Positions 8,278 to 19,416 of a stretch of 64,000 nucleotides of DNA are shown piece after piece. A program made the position numbers and the translations under genes. The stretch is from assembly GCA_963665775.2 (NCBI GenBank), contig CAXXTF010000001.1, forward strand, positions 320,001-384,000, in the 5' to 3' direction. Position 1 is the first letter of the stretch. The number at the start of each line of letters is the position of its first letter. The stretch comes from Dehalococcoidia bacterium (lineage in GTDB: Bacteria > Chloroflexota > Dehalococcoidia > SM23-28-2 > RBG-16-64-32). A model generated the notes under the pieces. The model was not told the origin of the DNA. It did no database searches and saw only the letters and a program-made list of their open reading frames with translations.

Positions 8278-9720
8278 TTGACGCCACAGGACGCCCAGAA
8301 AGTCAGCGATCTCATCAAGGAGCACAACATCCAGATCGTTGACTTCAAGTTCAACGACCTGCCGGGCCTCTGGCAGCACTTCTCCATCCCACCCTCACAG
8401 CTCACGGAGATGGAGGATCTCACCACCTCCATCTGGGTGGAGGGGATCGGCTTTGATGGATCCAGTATCCGCGGCTTCCAGAAGATCCAGGAATCGGACA
8501 TGCTCCTTATTCCGGACCCTGACACGGCCCGGCTGGACCCCGCCTGCTCTATACCTACCCTCTCCATCACCTGCGACATCTACGACCCGCTGACGAAGCA
8601 GCCCTATACCCGCGACCCCCGCTACATCGCCCGCAAGGCGGAGGAACACCTACGTAACTCCGGCGTCGCCGACACTTCCTACTGGGGGCCGGAGCTGGAG
8701 TTCTTCATCTTCGACGATATCCGCTTCGACCAGACCGAGAACTCCGGCTACTACTACATCGACTCCATCGAGGGCGCCTGGAACAGCGGCCGCGAGGAGA
8801 ACCCGAACCTGGGCTACAAGCCCCACTTCAAGGAGGGCTACTTCCCCGTCCCACCCCACGACTCCCTCCAGGACATCCGCAGCGAGATGATCCTCACCAT
8901 GATGGGTGTCGGCATCCCCATCGAAGTCCACCACCACGAGGTGGCCACCGCCGGCCAGGGCGAGATCGACATGAAATTCGATACCCTCACCAGCATGGCT
9001 GACAAGGTACTCTGGTACAAATACATCGTCAAGAACGTCGCCCGCAAGCACAACATGGTCGCCACCTTCATGCCCAAGCCCCTCTTCGGCGACAACGGCT
9101 CCGGCATGCACGTCCACCAGTCCCTCTGGAAGAACGGCACCAACCTCTTCTACGACCCCGAGGGTTACGCCCTGATCAGCAAAACAGCCCTCTACTACAT
9201 CGGCGGCCTGCTGAAGCACGCCCCCGCTCTCATGGCCTTCTGCGCCCCCACCACCAACTCGTACAAGCGGTTGGTTCCCGGCTATGAGGCGCCTGTGAAT
9301 CTCGTCTATTCCGCCCGCAACCGCTCCGCCGCCGCCCGCATCCCGGTCTACAACACTAACCCTAAGGCCAAGCGCATAGAGTTCCGCCCCCCAGACCCCT
9401 CCTGCAACCCTTACCTGGCTTTTCCGGCCCTGCTCTTGGCCGGACTGGACGGTATTAAGAACGAGATCGATCCCGGTCCGCCCCTGGATAAGAACACCTA
9501 CGACCTCACCCCAGAGGAGCAAGCCTCCCTCCGGACCGTCCCCGGCTCCCTGGAAGAGTCCCTGCGCGCCCTTGAGGAAGACCACGACTTCCTCCTCGAT
9601 GGCGGCGTCTTCACCGGCGACGTCCTGGATGTCTGGCAGGAGTACAAGCGCGAGGCTGAAATCGACCCCGTCCGGCTGCGGCCCCACCCGTGGGAGTTCT
9701 ATCTCTACTTCGACGTCTAG
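8278..9720 (+). CDS. glnA: Type I glutamine synthetase (GSI-beta-like, with adenylylation Tyr)
   Basis: [35 protein letters not shown]. Confidence 0.97.
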   Translation: MTPQDAQKVSDLIKEHNIQIVDFKFNDLPGLWQHFSIPPSQLTEMEDLTTSIWVEGIGFDGSSIRGFQKIQESDMLLIPDPDTARLDPACSIPTLSITCDIYDPLTKQPYTRDPRYIARKAEEHLRNSGVADTSYWGPELEFFIFDDIRFDQTENSGYYYIDSIEGAWNSGREENPNLGYKPHFKEGYFPVPPHDSLQDIRSEMILTMMGVGIPIEVHHHEVATAGQGEIDMKFDTLTSMADKVLWYKYIVKNVARKHNMVATFMPKPLFGDNGSGMHVHQSLWKNGTNLFYDPEGYALISKTALYYIGGLLKHAPALMAFCAPTTNSYKRLVPGYEAPVNLVYSARNRSAAARIPVYNTNPKAKRIEFRPPDPSCNPYLAFPALLLAGLDGIKNEIDPGPPLDKNTYDLTPEEQASLRTVPGSLEESLRALEEDHDFLLDGGVFTGDVLDVWQEYKREAEIDPVRLRPHPWEFYLYFDV

Positions 9721-9833
9721 GGCCGCCTCGCCCGGCCTCCGTGAGCCGGCCGGCCCGGGCGCGTTGCTCCCGAGGGTGCAGGCTCCTGCTTATGGTTTGA
9801 TCAAGATCGGGGCCAGCCAGGGGATTGAACCAG

Positions 9834-11168
9834 ATGAATAACCGCCGCCAGAGCATCGATTACGTGCTACAGATGGCCAAAGAGCACGACGTCAAGTTCA
9901 TCCGCCTCTGGTTTACCGATATCCTCGGCTTCCTCAAGAGCGTCGCCATTACGGTGGAGGAGCTGCCCCAGGCCCTCGAGGAAGGCACCGGCTTCGACGG
10001 CTCCTCGATCGAAGGCTTCGCCCGCATCGACGAGTCCGACATGATGGCGATGCCGGACCCATCTACCTTCGCCATCCTCCCCTGGCGCCCCCAGGAGCGC
10101 AGCGTTGCCCGCATGTTCTGTGACATCCTTCACCCGGACGGAAGCCCCTTCCAAGGCGACCCCCGCTTCGTCCTACGCTGCAGCCTCCAGCGCGCCGCAG
10201 ACCTAGGATATACCTTCTACGTAGGCCCAGAGCTGGAGTACTTCTATTTCGCTAGGCAAGACAGCACGGAGCTCCTGGATACCGGCGGCTACTTTGACCT
10301 CACCCCCCTGGACGCCGCCACCGATCTGCGCCGGGAGACCGTTCTCACCCTGGAAGAGTTGGGCATCGCTGTCGTGGCCTCTCATCACGAGGTCGCCCCC
10401 TCCCAGCACGAGATCGATCTCCGCTACACAGACGCCCTCACAATGGCCGATAACACCATGACCTATCGGCTCGTCGTCAAAGAGGTGGCCCTCAAGAACA
10501 ACGTTTACGCTACCTTCATGCCGAAGCCCCTGGCCGACCAGAACGGCTCCAGCATGCACGTTCACCAGTCCCTGTTCAAGGGCGAGCGCAACGCCTTCTT
10601 CGATGCCGACGATCCCTACCACCTGTCCGCCCTCGCCCGCAGCTACGTCGGCGGCATCCTCCACCACGCCAAGGAGATCACCCTGGTCACCAACCAGTGG
10701 GTCAACTCCTACAAGCGCCTCGTCCCCGGATTTGAGGCCCCGGTATATCTCTCCTGGGCCCGCCGCAATCGCTCCGATCTGGTCCGCATACCTGAGTACA
10801 AGCCCGGCAAGGAGAGCGCCACCCGCATCGAATACAGAGCCCCGGACCCGGCTTGCAACCCGTACCTGGCCTTCGCCGCCATGCTCGCCGCCGGCCTAGA
10901 GGGAATCGAGAAGGAGTATCCCTGCCCGCAGCCGGTGGAGAGGAACGTCTTCGCGATGACAGATGAGGAACGCAAGCAGGATGGCATCAGCCACTTGCCG
11001 GGCAGCCTCTGGGAGGCGATCGAGTACGCCGAGGGGAGCGAGCTGTTGCGCCGCTGCCTGGGCGACCACCTCTTCGAGAGCCTGCTCACCAACAAGAAGA
11101 TCGAGTGGAGCAACTTCCGCCGCCACGTAACCGACTACGAGCTGAAGCGCTATTTGCCGATACTGTAG
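9834..11168 (+). CDS. glnA: Glutamine synthetase family protein (GSI-alpha-like)
   Basis: FDGSSIEGFARIDESDM, SHHEVAPSQHEID, RIEYRAPDPACNPY. Confidence 0.9.
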   Translation: MNNRRQSIDYVLQMAKEHDVKFIRLWFTDILGFLKSVAITVEELPQALEEGTGFDGSSIEGFARIDESDMMAMPDPSTFAILPWRPQERSVARMFCDILHPDGSPFQGDPRFVLRCSLQRAADLGYTFYVGPELEYFYFARQDSTELLDTGGYFDLTPLDAATDLRRETVLTLEELGIAVVASHHEVAPSQHEIDLRYTDALTMADNTMTYRLVVKEVALKNNVYATFMPKPLADQNGSSMHVHQSLFKGERNAFFDADDPYHLSALARSYVGGILHHAKEITLVTNQWVNSYKRLVPGFEAPVYLSWARRNRSDLVRIPEYKPGKESATRIEYRAPDPACNPYLAFAAMLAAGLEGIEKEYPCPQPVERNVFAMTDEERKQDGISHLPGSLWEAIEYAEGSELLRRCLGDHLFESLLTNKKIEWSNFRRHVTDYELKRYLPIL

Positions 11169-11201
11169 CCCCTCCGGGAACGTATCCTTCTTACAGTAGG
11201 C

Positions 11202-13523
11202 CTAAGGCGCGGGGATAGGTGGGGGCGTCGGCAGTGGTGTAGGGGTCGGCGGTATCGACGGAATTGGGGTGGCCGTCGGCGTTGGGGTCGCGGGGCTCGA
11301 GCCGATGGGCGGACAGCCAGCCGGCAGGTTCACCGGCAGCCCCGCCACATGTAGCAGGATCACGAGGGCGTCCACGGCGTCCTCATCCCCATCGCAATCA
11401 ACATCGCCCTTGGCATGTACAGACAGGGAGAGGCTGACTGTAGCCTCAGCTATAGCCGTTGGGGTCGCCGTCGCGACAGGGGGCGAGCCTATGGCCGCGC
11501 AGCCGGAAGGCAGGTCCACCGGCAGCGCCGCCACGTAGCGTAGAAGCGTGAGGGCATCCACAGCGTCCTCATCTCCATCGCAATCAACATCGCCCTTGAT
11601 GGGCACGTACGGCGTGGGGACCGGCGTAGGCGTCGGCTGCGGGCAGATCGCGTCGGCGGAGGCGAGGGCGTCCGCGAGCCCTGCGCCGAAGGTATTGTCT
11701 GCACCGACCGAACCCAGCTCGACCGCACGGTCGAGCAAGACCCCTCGCAGTGCGCTTCGGTCAGCCGAGGGGTCATCCCCTAACTCACCCGCTCTCAGGT
11801 TGGGCTGACACTGCAGGAGAAGGGCCGCGATGCCCGCTATATGGGGAGCGGCCGCCGATGTGCCGTAGAAGGGCGAGGAGAAGCCGCCGGCGCCCGATAT
11901 GCCGACCCCGTCAATGCCCGTGATGTCAGGCTTGGTCCTTCCGTCGTTCGTTGGTCCGCGGCTGCTGTAGAAGGCGATGGTGTCGTGGCCGGGATCGGAG
12001 GCGTTGATGGCGCCCACCGATATCACATCGCCACCGGCGTCGCTCTGGTTCGTCACGCTGCTGCTGGGGGTAACGAAGTTAGGGGAGGAGTCCACGGTAA
12101 ACAGATCAAACATGCGGACCGCAGCAAGGCCCAACGAATTGTTTATGACCAAGTCCACCACGACATCGACGTCCAGAGGGTTCTCCCAGACCAAGTGCTC
12201 TGTCGGGTCCTGAAAGCAGGTCTGGGGATTCGTACTCGTGGCCAGAAGAACGCTTCCCTCGAACACGTACAGGTACATGTCATAGTCGTTACAGGAGGCG
12301 CCAAAGGGGTCGTCCCACTGAAGATACACGTTGGCAGTCGAGCCGGCGGGCACGGTAAAGGGGGTGCGGCACTGAGGACCGAAGCCACCAAGGTCCAGAG
12401 TGGTGACCGTTGCCGCGAAGGCATGGAAAGTCGACTGGCTGCAGAAGGAGAAGGACTCTTGGTAGTGCCGTCTCGCCATGTTGCCGACAGTCGTTACGTA
12501 GGCACGGATTCGGTTGCCGGGTTCGGCTAGCTGTGCCACGGTGTTGGTTGAGACGTTGCTGCTACCGTCGTACGAGCCGTCGTTCAGCCAGCCCACATCA
12601 TCCACGACGACGTCAACATTAGCGGCCAGGCACTCTACCGCCGCATTGAAATCCAGAGACGTGCCGCCGCTCCAGAAGTGACCGAACCAAAGCTCGGCCC
12701 CGGGCGCCACATCGTGCACCACCTCCAGCATCGCCGTGCCCTCGGCACCGGACTGCTCGGGATCGGAGCCCGGAATAACGTTACAGGTAGTGGTGTTGAC
12801 GGCCGGGAGGTCGCCGCTGGCCTGACTATCGGCCAGTCCCCTCATGCCATCAGAGATCACGCCGATCCTGACGCCGGTGCCGTCCACACCAAAATCGGCC
12901 CGCACGAGGTTGGCCTGCAGGATGGCATCACCTTCCGAAGTCACCGATCCAGACTGAGTAATGCCATAGTTAGGCAACCGGATAACCTTGATAGATGGCT
13001 GGCCGGCCAACCTCTCCAACTGGTTTATCGGGATCCGAGCCTGGACGATCCCTGCGGCCTCATCGAAGCGCTCCACCAGCCCTTGCGCCAGGCCGATGTC
13101 AGCCTCAACCTCCGGAACGGTGGTGGCAACGTCGACGAAAACCTGAAGCCTACCCTGCCCATCGATGCGCATGAGCCCCGCGTCCACCATAGCCTGCATG
13201 TCCAACTCTAGCAGCGAGAAGTTCAGGGCCGTTATCTCGTCGCCAGCGGCGAACGCCTGACGCTCTGCCCGAGCGAGGCGTGCCACGTGCGACGACAGCC
13301 GGGGGTTCTTAGCGGGGGGTGGAGGGGGCGTCCTCTGGGGCTTCAGGCCGCTCCCCATCGACGGCGCGTCCGCGGAGGTGGAGCCGGGCGTGGGTATCGC
13401 CAGCGGCACCGGGGCACTCCCTGCATCCTGGTGGCCGCCGTCGCCGAAAGCGCTGGCGGCTAACGCTCCCAGTAACGCCAGCGGCGCGAACAAGCCGATG
13501 AGCAGCCATCGCGCATATCTCAT
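11202..13523 (-). CDS. Secreted S8 (subtilase) peptidase with two C-terminal dockerin-like repeats
   Basis: Signal peptide, GVRIGVISDG, SSRGPT..KPDI, FYGTSAAAPH, 2x KGDVDCDGDEDAVDAL. Confidence 0.9.
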   Translation of the reverse strand: MRYARWLLIGLFAPLALLGALAASAFGDGGHQDAGSAPVPLAIPTPGSTSADAPSMGSGLKPQRTPPPPPAKNPRLSSHVARLARAERQAFAAGDEITALNFSLLELDMQAMVDAGLMRIDGQGRLQVFVDVATTVPEVEADIGLAQGLVERFDEAAGIVQARIPINQLERLAGQPSIKVIRLPNYGITQSGSVTSEGDAILQANLVRADFGVDGTGVRIGVISDGMRGLADSQASGDLPAVNTTTCNVIPGSDPEQSGAEGTAMLEVVHDVAPGAELWFGHFWSGGTSLDFNAAVECLAANVDVVVDDVGWLNDGSYDGSSNVSTNTVAQLAEPGNRIRAYVTTVGNMARRHYQESFSFCSQSTFHAFAATVTTLDLGGFGPQCRTPFTVPAGSTANVYLQWDDPFGASCNDYDMYLYVFEGSVLLATSTNPQTCFQDPTEHLVWENPLDVDVVVDLVINNSLGLAAVRMFDLFTVDSSPNFVTPSSSVTNQSDAGGDVISVGAINASDPGHDTIAFYSSRGPTNDGRTKPDITGIDGVGISGAGGFSSPFYGTSAAAPHIAGIAALLLQCQPNLRAGELGDDPSADRSALRGVLLDRAVELGSVGADNTFGAGLADALASADAICPQPTPTPVPTPYVPIKGDVDCDGDEDAVDALTLLRYVAALPVDLPSGCAAIGSPPVATATPTAIAEATVSLSLSVHAKGDVDCDGDEDAVDALVILLHVAGLPVNLPAGCPPIGSSPATPTPTATPIPSIPPTPTPLPTPPPIPAP

Positions 13524-13685
13524 ACCGCACCTTCCCCCACGTTATCCCATTATACGACCGCCCGTTAGTCTAGTGCTCCAACCTGACAGATCGTTAACCT
13601 CAAGCGTTCAAACAGCACTCTGGTCCCACCAAGGTATAACGTCAACGGGGAACCGATCGATCTGTAATCGCAGGCAGGGCGTGGC

Positions 13686-15161
13686 CTAGGGTTTGCCGAC
13701 CGCCCCCGCCGCCTGCGACCCGCTAAAGATCACCGCCGTCCCCTGCTCCACCACATCGAACAGGGGCTGTGGATAGAGCCCCACCAGGAACACACCGGCC
13801 ACCAGAGTCGCCAGCACCCCGTACTCCAGCCAGGGCGTCGGAAACCGCGTCTCCTCCTCCGGCTTCCCCAGGTACATCTGCCTGACGATCGTCAGGTAGT
13901 AGTAGAGCGAGACGAAGCTCATGAGCACGGCTACCCCCGCCAGCCACAACAGATCCTCCTGAGCCGCAGCCTGAAAGAGGATGAACTTGGTGGCGAATCC
14001 GGCGAACAGGGGCATCCCAGCCAGAGAGAAGAGGGCCACGCTCAGCGATAGCGCCACGAAGGGGGCCCGCTCCGCCAGCCCCGCGTACTCCTCGATCTCC
14101 TCTTTGCCCGTCCAGTTGTAGAAGATTATCACGCAGACGAAGGCGGCCAGGTTCGTAATGACGTACCCCACCAGGTGCAGCACCAGAGCGCTTCCCGCCT
14201 CCGGCGAGAGGGCAGCGATCCCCACGAGCAGGAACCCCACCTGGCCGATGCTAGAGTAGGCCAGCAGCCGCTTGATGTTGTGCTGCTGAATCGCCACTAG
14301 ATTGCCCAGGATCATGGTGGCTGCCGCGAGGACGGCGATGAACAGGCGCCATTCGTCCAGAAGCGGCAGGAAAGCCTCCGCGAACAGCTTCAGGAAGAGG
14401 GCGAACCCTGCCGCCTTGGATATAGCCGCTACCAGCGCCGTAACCGGCAGGGGCGCTCCCTCATACGCATCTGGCGTCCACATGTGGAAGGGGACGGCCG
14501 CTACCTTGAACCCCAGCCCGGCGATTATCAGCGCCAGCCCCAGGAACAGCGCCATGTCGAAGCTGCTGGTGTCTCCCGTAAGCTGGGCGCCGATCTCGGC
14601 GAAGTGGGTGCTCCCGGTGACGCCGTAGATCAGGCCTATCCCGTACAGCAAGATGGCCGAGGAGAAAGCGCCCAGCAGCATGTACTTCAGGCCGCCCTCG
14701 TTTGAACGGTGGTCGAACTTAGCGAAGGAGACCAGAACGTAGAGGCTGAAGCTCAGCAGCTCCAGCGACACGTAGGCCGTCAGCAGCTCCCCGGACGCCG
14801 CCATCCCGTTGGCGCCCACGACGGCGAGGAGGATCAGCGCATAATACTCGCCCGCGTGGAGGAGCCGGTCCCTCACGTAGCGAGCGGAGGCTAGGATGGC
14901 GAAGAAGCCGATGAGCCCAAAGAAGACCCGGAACAGGGTGGTGTAGTTGTTAATCTGAATGAGGTTCGCGAAGTCGGTGTCGTCGTTGATCCAGATGAGG
15001 GACACGAGGGTGGCAGCCAGCGCCCCCGCAGCGGCCACGTAGCCCAGTTGATCCTTGCGCAGGCCGCCCCAGAACAGGTCCAGGAGCACCACCATGCCGG
15101 CCCATCCCACCAGGATGTACTCCGGCGCCAGGAGCGACCATTGCAGATTCAGATCGTCCAT
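13686..15161 (-). CDS. nuoN: NADH-quinone oxidoreductase subunit N
   Basis: FKVAAVPFHMWTPDAYEGAP, KRLLAYSSI. Confidence 0.95.
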   Translation of the reverse strand: MDDLNLQWSLLAPEYILVGWAGMVVLLDLFWGGLRKDQLGYVAAAGALAATLVSLIWINDDTDFANLIQINNYTTLFRVFFGLIGFFAILASARYVRDRLLHAGEYYALILLAVVGANGMAASGELLTAYVSLELLSFSLYVLVSFAKFDHRSNEGGLKYMLLGAFSSAILLYGIGLIYGVTGSTHFAEIGAQLTGDTSSFDMALFLGLALIIAGLGFKVAAVPFHMWTPDAYEGAPLPVTALVAAISKAAGFALFLKLFAEAFLPLLDEWRLFIAVLAAATMILGNLVAIQQHNIKRLLAYSSIGQVGFLLVGIAALSPEAGSALVLHLVGYVITNLAAFVCVIIFYNWTGKEEIEEYAGLAERAPFVALSLSVALFSLAGMPLFAGFATKFILFQAAAQEDLLWLAGVAVLMSFVSLYYYLTIVRQMYLGKPEEETRFPTPWLEYGVLATLVAGVFLVGLYPQPLFDVVEQGTAVIFSGSQAAGAVGKP

Positions 15162-16663
15162 TAGCCAATCCCCGGCAGGTTATTGACGGTCTCGCTGATG
15201 CGATCGATGAACGGCTTCGGCCACATCCCCATGAAGACGATGAAGAAGATGAGCAGGACGCTCGCGGACTGCTCGCGAAAGCGCATCTCCTTCAGGCTCG
15301 CCCAGCGCTCGTTGAAGGGGCCGAAGTAGGCGCTAGCCAGCATCCGCAGAATATAGGTGGCGGTGATAGCGGCAGCCAGGATGCCCAGAGCCCCCGCCCA
15401 GTAGTAGCCTGCCTGGAACGTGCCCACAAAGATGTGGATCTCAGCGATGAAGCCGGCCAGGCCCGGCAGGCCAAGGGACGAGAGCCCGGCTATCGTCCAG
15501 AAGGCAGTGTGCCGAGGCATCTTATTGGCCAGTCCCCCGAACGCGGTCATATCCCGCGTGTGGGTCTGGTCGTAGACGGCACCCACGTTGGCGAACATGA
15601 GGGCGGTCATGACCCCGTGGGCGAACATCTGGAGGACAGCCCCGGTGACTCCAATGCTATTCATGGAGGCCAGCCCCATCATGACGAATCCCATGTGGCT
15701 TACGCTGGAGTAGCCCACCATGTACTTGAGGTCTTTCTGGCCCAGAGCGGAGACGGCGCCGTAGAGGGCGCCGGTCACGCCCAGGGTCATGAGGACCGGC
15801 GACCAGAATTGGGCACCCTCAGGGAACAGACCTATCCCTACCCGGAGGATGCCGAACGCCCCCAGCTTCATAAGGACACCGGCGTGCAGCATGGAGACCG
15901 CCGTGGGGGCGGCCACGTGGCCGTCTGGCGACCAGGTGTGGAAGGGCCAGAGGCCGGCCAGGATCCCGAACCCGATCATGTAGAACGGGAAGAAGGTCTT
16001 CTGGAACGTCTCCCCGTAGGTCGCCTCGCCCAGCACCGGCAGGTCAAACGTCCCCTGCCCGGCCTCCGTGAAGGTGGCGAAGATGGCGATGAATATGAGT
16101 ACGCTGCCGGCCACCAGGTAGAGCACCAGCTTCATCGCGCCGTACTCCTTGGTTCGGACGAACGTACCAAAGTTGCTGCTGGCACCCCACACAGCGATGA
16201 GCAAGTACATGGGCAGAACCGCCACCTCGTAGAAGAAGAAGAGGAAGAAGAGGTCCTGAGAGACGAATACGCCGAAGACACCGGCTACCAGCGCGAACAG
16301 GAGGATGAAGTAGTCCTTGTTCCGGTAGTCGATGTTCCAGGATATGAAGACGCCGGCCAGGATGACGATGCCCGTGAGCAGCACCATCGGCGCCGCAATC
16401 CCGTCCACCGCCAGGTGCAGGGTGATCCCGTTCTCGCCCAAGAAAGCGATATTCTCCAGCCAGTCCAGCTGGAGGTCGAAGCGTAGCCCGCTGCCACCCT
16501 CGAACTCGTACCTGATGAAGACGAGCAGCGACATGAGGAACATGGCGGCGGCGGCGGCCAGAGCGGTATACCGCACGAGCTGCGAGTAGCGCGACGGGAT
16601 GAGCATGAACACCAGCGTCGTGCCGAGCGGCAGGGCGATCAGGGCAAAGAGAACCCACTCCAC
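15161..16663 (-). CDS. nuoM: NADH-quinone oxidoreductase subunit M
   Basis: WPFHTWSPDGHVAAPT, YSSVSHMG. Confidence 0.95.
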   Translation of the reverse strand: MEWVLFALIALPLGTTLVFMLIPSRYSQLVRYTALAAAAAMFLMSLLVFIRYEFEGGSGLRFDLQLDWLENIAFLGENGITLHLAVDGIAAPMVLLTGIVILAGVFISWNIDYRNKDYFILLFALVAGVFGVFVSQDLFFLFFFYEVAVLPMYLLIAVWGASSNFGTFVRTKEYGAMKLVLYLVAGSVLIFIAIFATFTEAGQGTFDLPVLGEATYGETFQKTFFPFYMIGFGILAGLWPFHTWSPDGHVAAPTAVSMLHAGVLMKLGAFGILRVGIGLFPEGAQFWSPVLMTLGVTGALYGAVSALGQKDLKYMVGYSSVSHMGFVMMGLASMNSIGVTGAVLQMFAHGVMTALMFANVGAVYDQTHTRDMTAFGGLANKMPRHTAFWTIAGLSSLGLPGLAGFIAEIHIFVGTFQAGYYWAGALGILAAAITATYILRMLASAYFGPFNERWASLKEMRFREQSASVLLIFFIVFMGMWPKPFIDRISETVNNLPGIG

Positions 16664-16665
16664 AG

Positions 16666-18564
16666 CTAGACGCTCACTACCAGGAACACAATAGAGATGA
16701 CGATGACGCCCAGGGAGATCGCCAGGGCGTAGTTGGGCAGCTTACCGGTCTCCAGAAACTTCATCCCGAAGCCGGCGAACACGCCCAGCCCGGCCGACCC
16801 GTCCACAGCGGTGTCGTTCACCACATTGCGGTCAAACCAGCCGATGACAGCGCCGCCCGCGAGGACGACATGATTGATGACCCACTGGTAGGCGTCATCC
16901 AGGTAATAGTTGTTCGCCAGAGTACGGTAGACGGGACGCAGCGACTGCGCCGCCCGCCGGGCCGGCGCTGCCTCGCCGGACCAGAAATACACCCCAGCGG
17001 CGATGCCCCCTATCGCGATCAGCGTGGAGAGGATCGCTACGTCCCAGGGGAAGTGGAAAGCCTCTGCCTCCTCAAGGAAGACAAACTCGCCGAAGCCGCC
17101 GGGGAAGCCCAGCGCCTCTCCCACGCTGCCGAAGGCCACGAATCCGCCCACCAGGGTCAGGGCCGCCAGCAGCAACAGCGGCACGGTCATCATCGGCTCC
17201 GCGTCGTGGGCGTGCTCCTGAGCGTGGTGATTCCGGGGACGGCCGGTGAACGTTCGCACGAACAGTCTGGTCATATACAGAGCGGTGATGAACACGCTGA
17301 GCATCATGAAAACGTAGACCACCCAGTTCTGGTTATCGCCGGAAACGTTGAGGATCTCGTCTTTGGCCCAGAATCCGGCCAGGGGAAAGATCCCGGCCAT
17401 GGATAGAGCTCCGATACCGAACACCACCGACGTCACCGGCATCTTAGAGGAGAGGCCACCCAGCTCGGTCAGATCCTGTCGCTCAGTAGCATGGATAATG
17501 GAGCCGGCGGAGAGGAAGAGGAGCGCCTTAAAGAAGGCGTGCGCGAACAGATAGAGCATGGCGGCGGTGACGGAGCCCGACCCCAGGGCCACCATCATCA
17601 GGCCAAGGCTATTGAGGGTAGAGTAGGCGATCACCCGTTTGATGTCGGTGGCCGTCAGGCCCATGGTGACCGACATCATTACGGTGGTGAGGCCGATGGC
17701 GGTCACCACGCTGAGGGCGACCGGATCGGCCAGCTCGAAGAGGGGAAGCATGCGGGCCACCAGATAGATCCCGGCCACCACCATGGTGGCGGCGTGGATC
17801 AGGGCGGAGACGGGCGTGGGGCCCTCCATGGCATCGGGAAGCCAGACGTGCAGAGGGAACTGTGCGGACTTCCCAACGGCGCCAGCGAAGAGCAACAGCA
17901 CGGCCAGGGTCAGGTACTCGGCGCTGTAGCCACCCCCCTCGGCAAACTCGAATATCTCCGATATGTCGAATGTGCCGGCCTCCCGCCAGAGGAGGATGAT
18001 GCCGATGAGCAGCCCCACATCGCCGATGCGGGTCGTGATGAACGCCTTCTTGGCCGCCTCAGCGGCGGAGCGGCGCTCATGCCAGAAGCCGATGAGTATG
18101 TAGGAGCCGAAGCCCACACCCTCCCAGGCCACGTACAGAAGGAGGAGGTTATCGGCCAGCACTAGGGTCAGCATGGCGGCGGCGAAGAAGGACATCATGG
18201 CGAAGTACCAGCCGTAGCGGGGATCGCCGCGCATGTATGCCACGGAGTAGACCTGCACCATCAGCGCCACGAAGCTGACGACGGCCAACATGACGATGGT
18301 CAGCTGGTCCACGTGGAAGCCGAGCTGGATGTTGAAGGCGTCGAGAGACACCCATTCCCAGGCACGCCCACCACCGGTGAAGTCGGGTTGGTCCAGATTG
18401 TCCAGGAGGTCTATCAGGACCGGGAAGAAGATGACGAAAGAGGCGGCGATGGCGCCGATGGCCAGCCAGTCGCCCCTGCGGGGCAGATACTTACCGAACA
18501 GAAGGAGAGCGACGAAGGCAGCCGCAGGAATCGCGGGTATCAGCCAGACCTCACCCATGCCCAC
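16666..18564 (-). CDS. nuoL: NADH-quinone oxidoreductase subunit L
   Basis: GKSAQFPLHVWLPDAMEGPTPVSALIHAATMV. Confidence 0.97.
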   Translation of the reverse strand: MGMGEVWLIPAIPAAAFVALLLFGKYLPRRGDWLAIGAIAASFVIFFPVLIDLLDNLDQPDFTGGGRAWEWVSLDAFNIQLGFHVDQLTIVMLAVVSFVALMVQVYSVAYMRGDPRYGWYFAMMSFFAAAMLTLVLADNLLLLYVAWEGVGFGSYILIGFWHERRSAAEAAKKAFITTRIGDVGLLIGIILLWREAGTFDISEIFEFAEGGGYSAEYLTLAVLLLFAGAVGKSAQFPLHVWLPDAMEGPTPVSALIHAATMVVAGIYLVARMLPLFELADPVALSVVTAIGLTTVMMSVTMGLTATDIKRVIAYSTLNSLGLMMVALGSGSVTAAMLYLFAHAFFKALLFLSAGSIIHATERQDLTELGGLSSKMPVTSVVFGIGALSMAGIFPLAGFWAKDEILNVSGDNQNWVVYVFMMLSVFITALYMTRLFVRTFTGRPRNHHAQEHAHDAEPMMTVPLLLLAALTLVGGFVAFGSVGEALGFPGGFGEFVFLEEAEAFHFPWDVAILSTLIAIGGIAAGVYFWSGEAAPARRAAQSLRPVYRTLANNYYLDDAYQWVINHVVLAGGAVIGWFDRNVVNDTAVDGSAGLGVFAGFGMKFLETGKLPNYALAISLGVIVISIVFLVVSV

Positions 18565-18577
18565 TGCTACGTCACCC

Positions 18578-18886
18578 CTACCATTTCAGAATGTCAACCT
18601 CGTCAACGTTGGCCGTGGCCCTGTTTCTAAAGAGGCGGAGAACGATGGCCAGGGCCAGCCCCACCTCCGCGGCAGCGATGGTGATGACGAAGATAGCGAA
18701 GATGAGGCCCCGGAACTGATCGGGGTAGAGAAAGACGGCGAAGGCGATGAAGTTGATGCTGACCGCCTGCAGCATCAGCTCCACCGACATGATGATGAGG
18801 ATGGCGCTGCGTCGGGCCAGAACCCCGTACATCCCCAGCGAGAAGAGGATGGCGCTGAGCACCAGGAAGTTCTCGATGGGGATCAT
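18578..18886 (-). CDS. nuoK: NADH-quinone oxidoreductase subunit K
   Basis: MSVELML, IAAAEVGLALA. Confidence 0.95.
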   Translation of the reverse strand: MIPIENFLVLSAILFSLGMYGVLARRSAILIIMSVELMLQAVSINFIAFAVFLYPDQFRGLIFAIFVITIAAAEVGLALAIVLRLFRNRATANVDEVDILKW

Positions 18887-19380
18887 TCCCCCTCCTCGCT
18901 CCGAGCCAGGATGATGCCCCCTATCAGGGCCACCAGGAGAACCAGGGAAGCTATCTCAAAAGGGATGGCCCAGGTGCGGAATAGCGCCTCCCCCAGCTCA
19001 TTGAGGGTCACGACGGTGATCTTCTCCGTCTCACCCGGCCAATCGGTAGCCACGGCGGCCAGGACGGAGATACCCAGGAAAGCGCCGGCGGCCAGGGCGG
19101 CGAAGGGCCGTTGGGCCCCGTCTGAGGGCTGGGGCAGATCCCGGACGCGCGTGAGCATCATAGCGAAGAGGACGAGAATGGTGACAGCGCCCCCGTAAAT
19201 GAGCACCTGGACGATGGCCAGGAACTCCGCCGAGAGAAGGATGAACACGGCAGCCACAGACAACAAGGCCAGGATAAGAAAGAGGGCGGCGTGAACGACG
19301 CTCCGGGCCAACACTACCCCTAAAGCGCCGGCGACCGTTACCACCGCTACGACGTAAAATATGCCTTCTTCGTAGGTCAT
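18883..19380 (-). CDS. nuoJ: NADH-quinone oxidoreductase subunit J
   Basis: QVLIYGGAVTILVLFAMML, PFEIASL. Confidence 0.95.
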   Translation of the reverse strand: MTYEEGIFYVVAVVTVAGALGVVLARSVVHAALFLILALLSVAAVFILLSAEFLAIVQVLIYGGAVTILVLFAMMLTRVRDLPQPSDGAQRPFAALAAGAFLGISVLAAVATDWPGETEKITVVTLNELGEALFRTWAIPFEIASLVLLVALIGGIILARSEEGE

Positions 19381-19416
19381 ACGGTCAGCGGACTCTCGAC
19401 CACTGCAACGTCGTTG

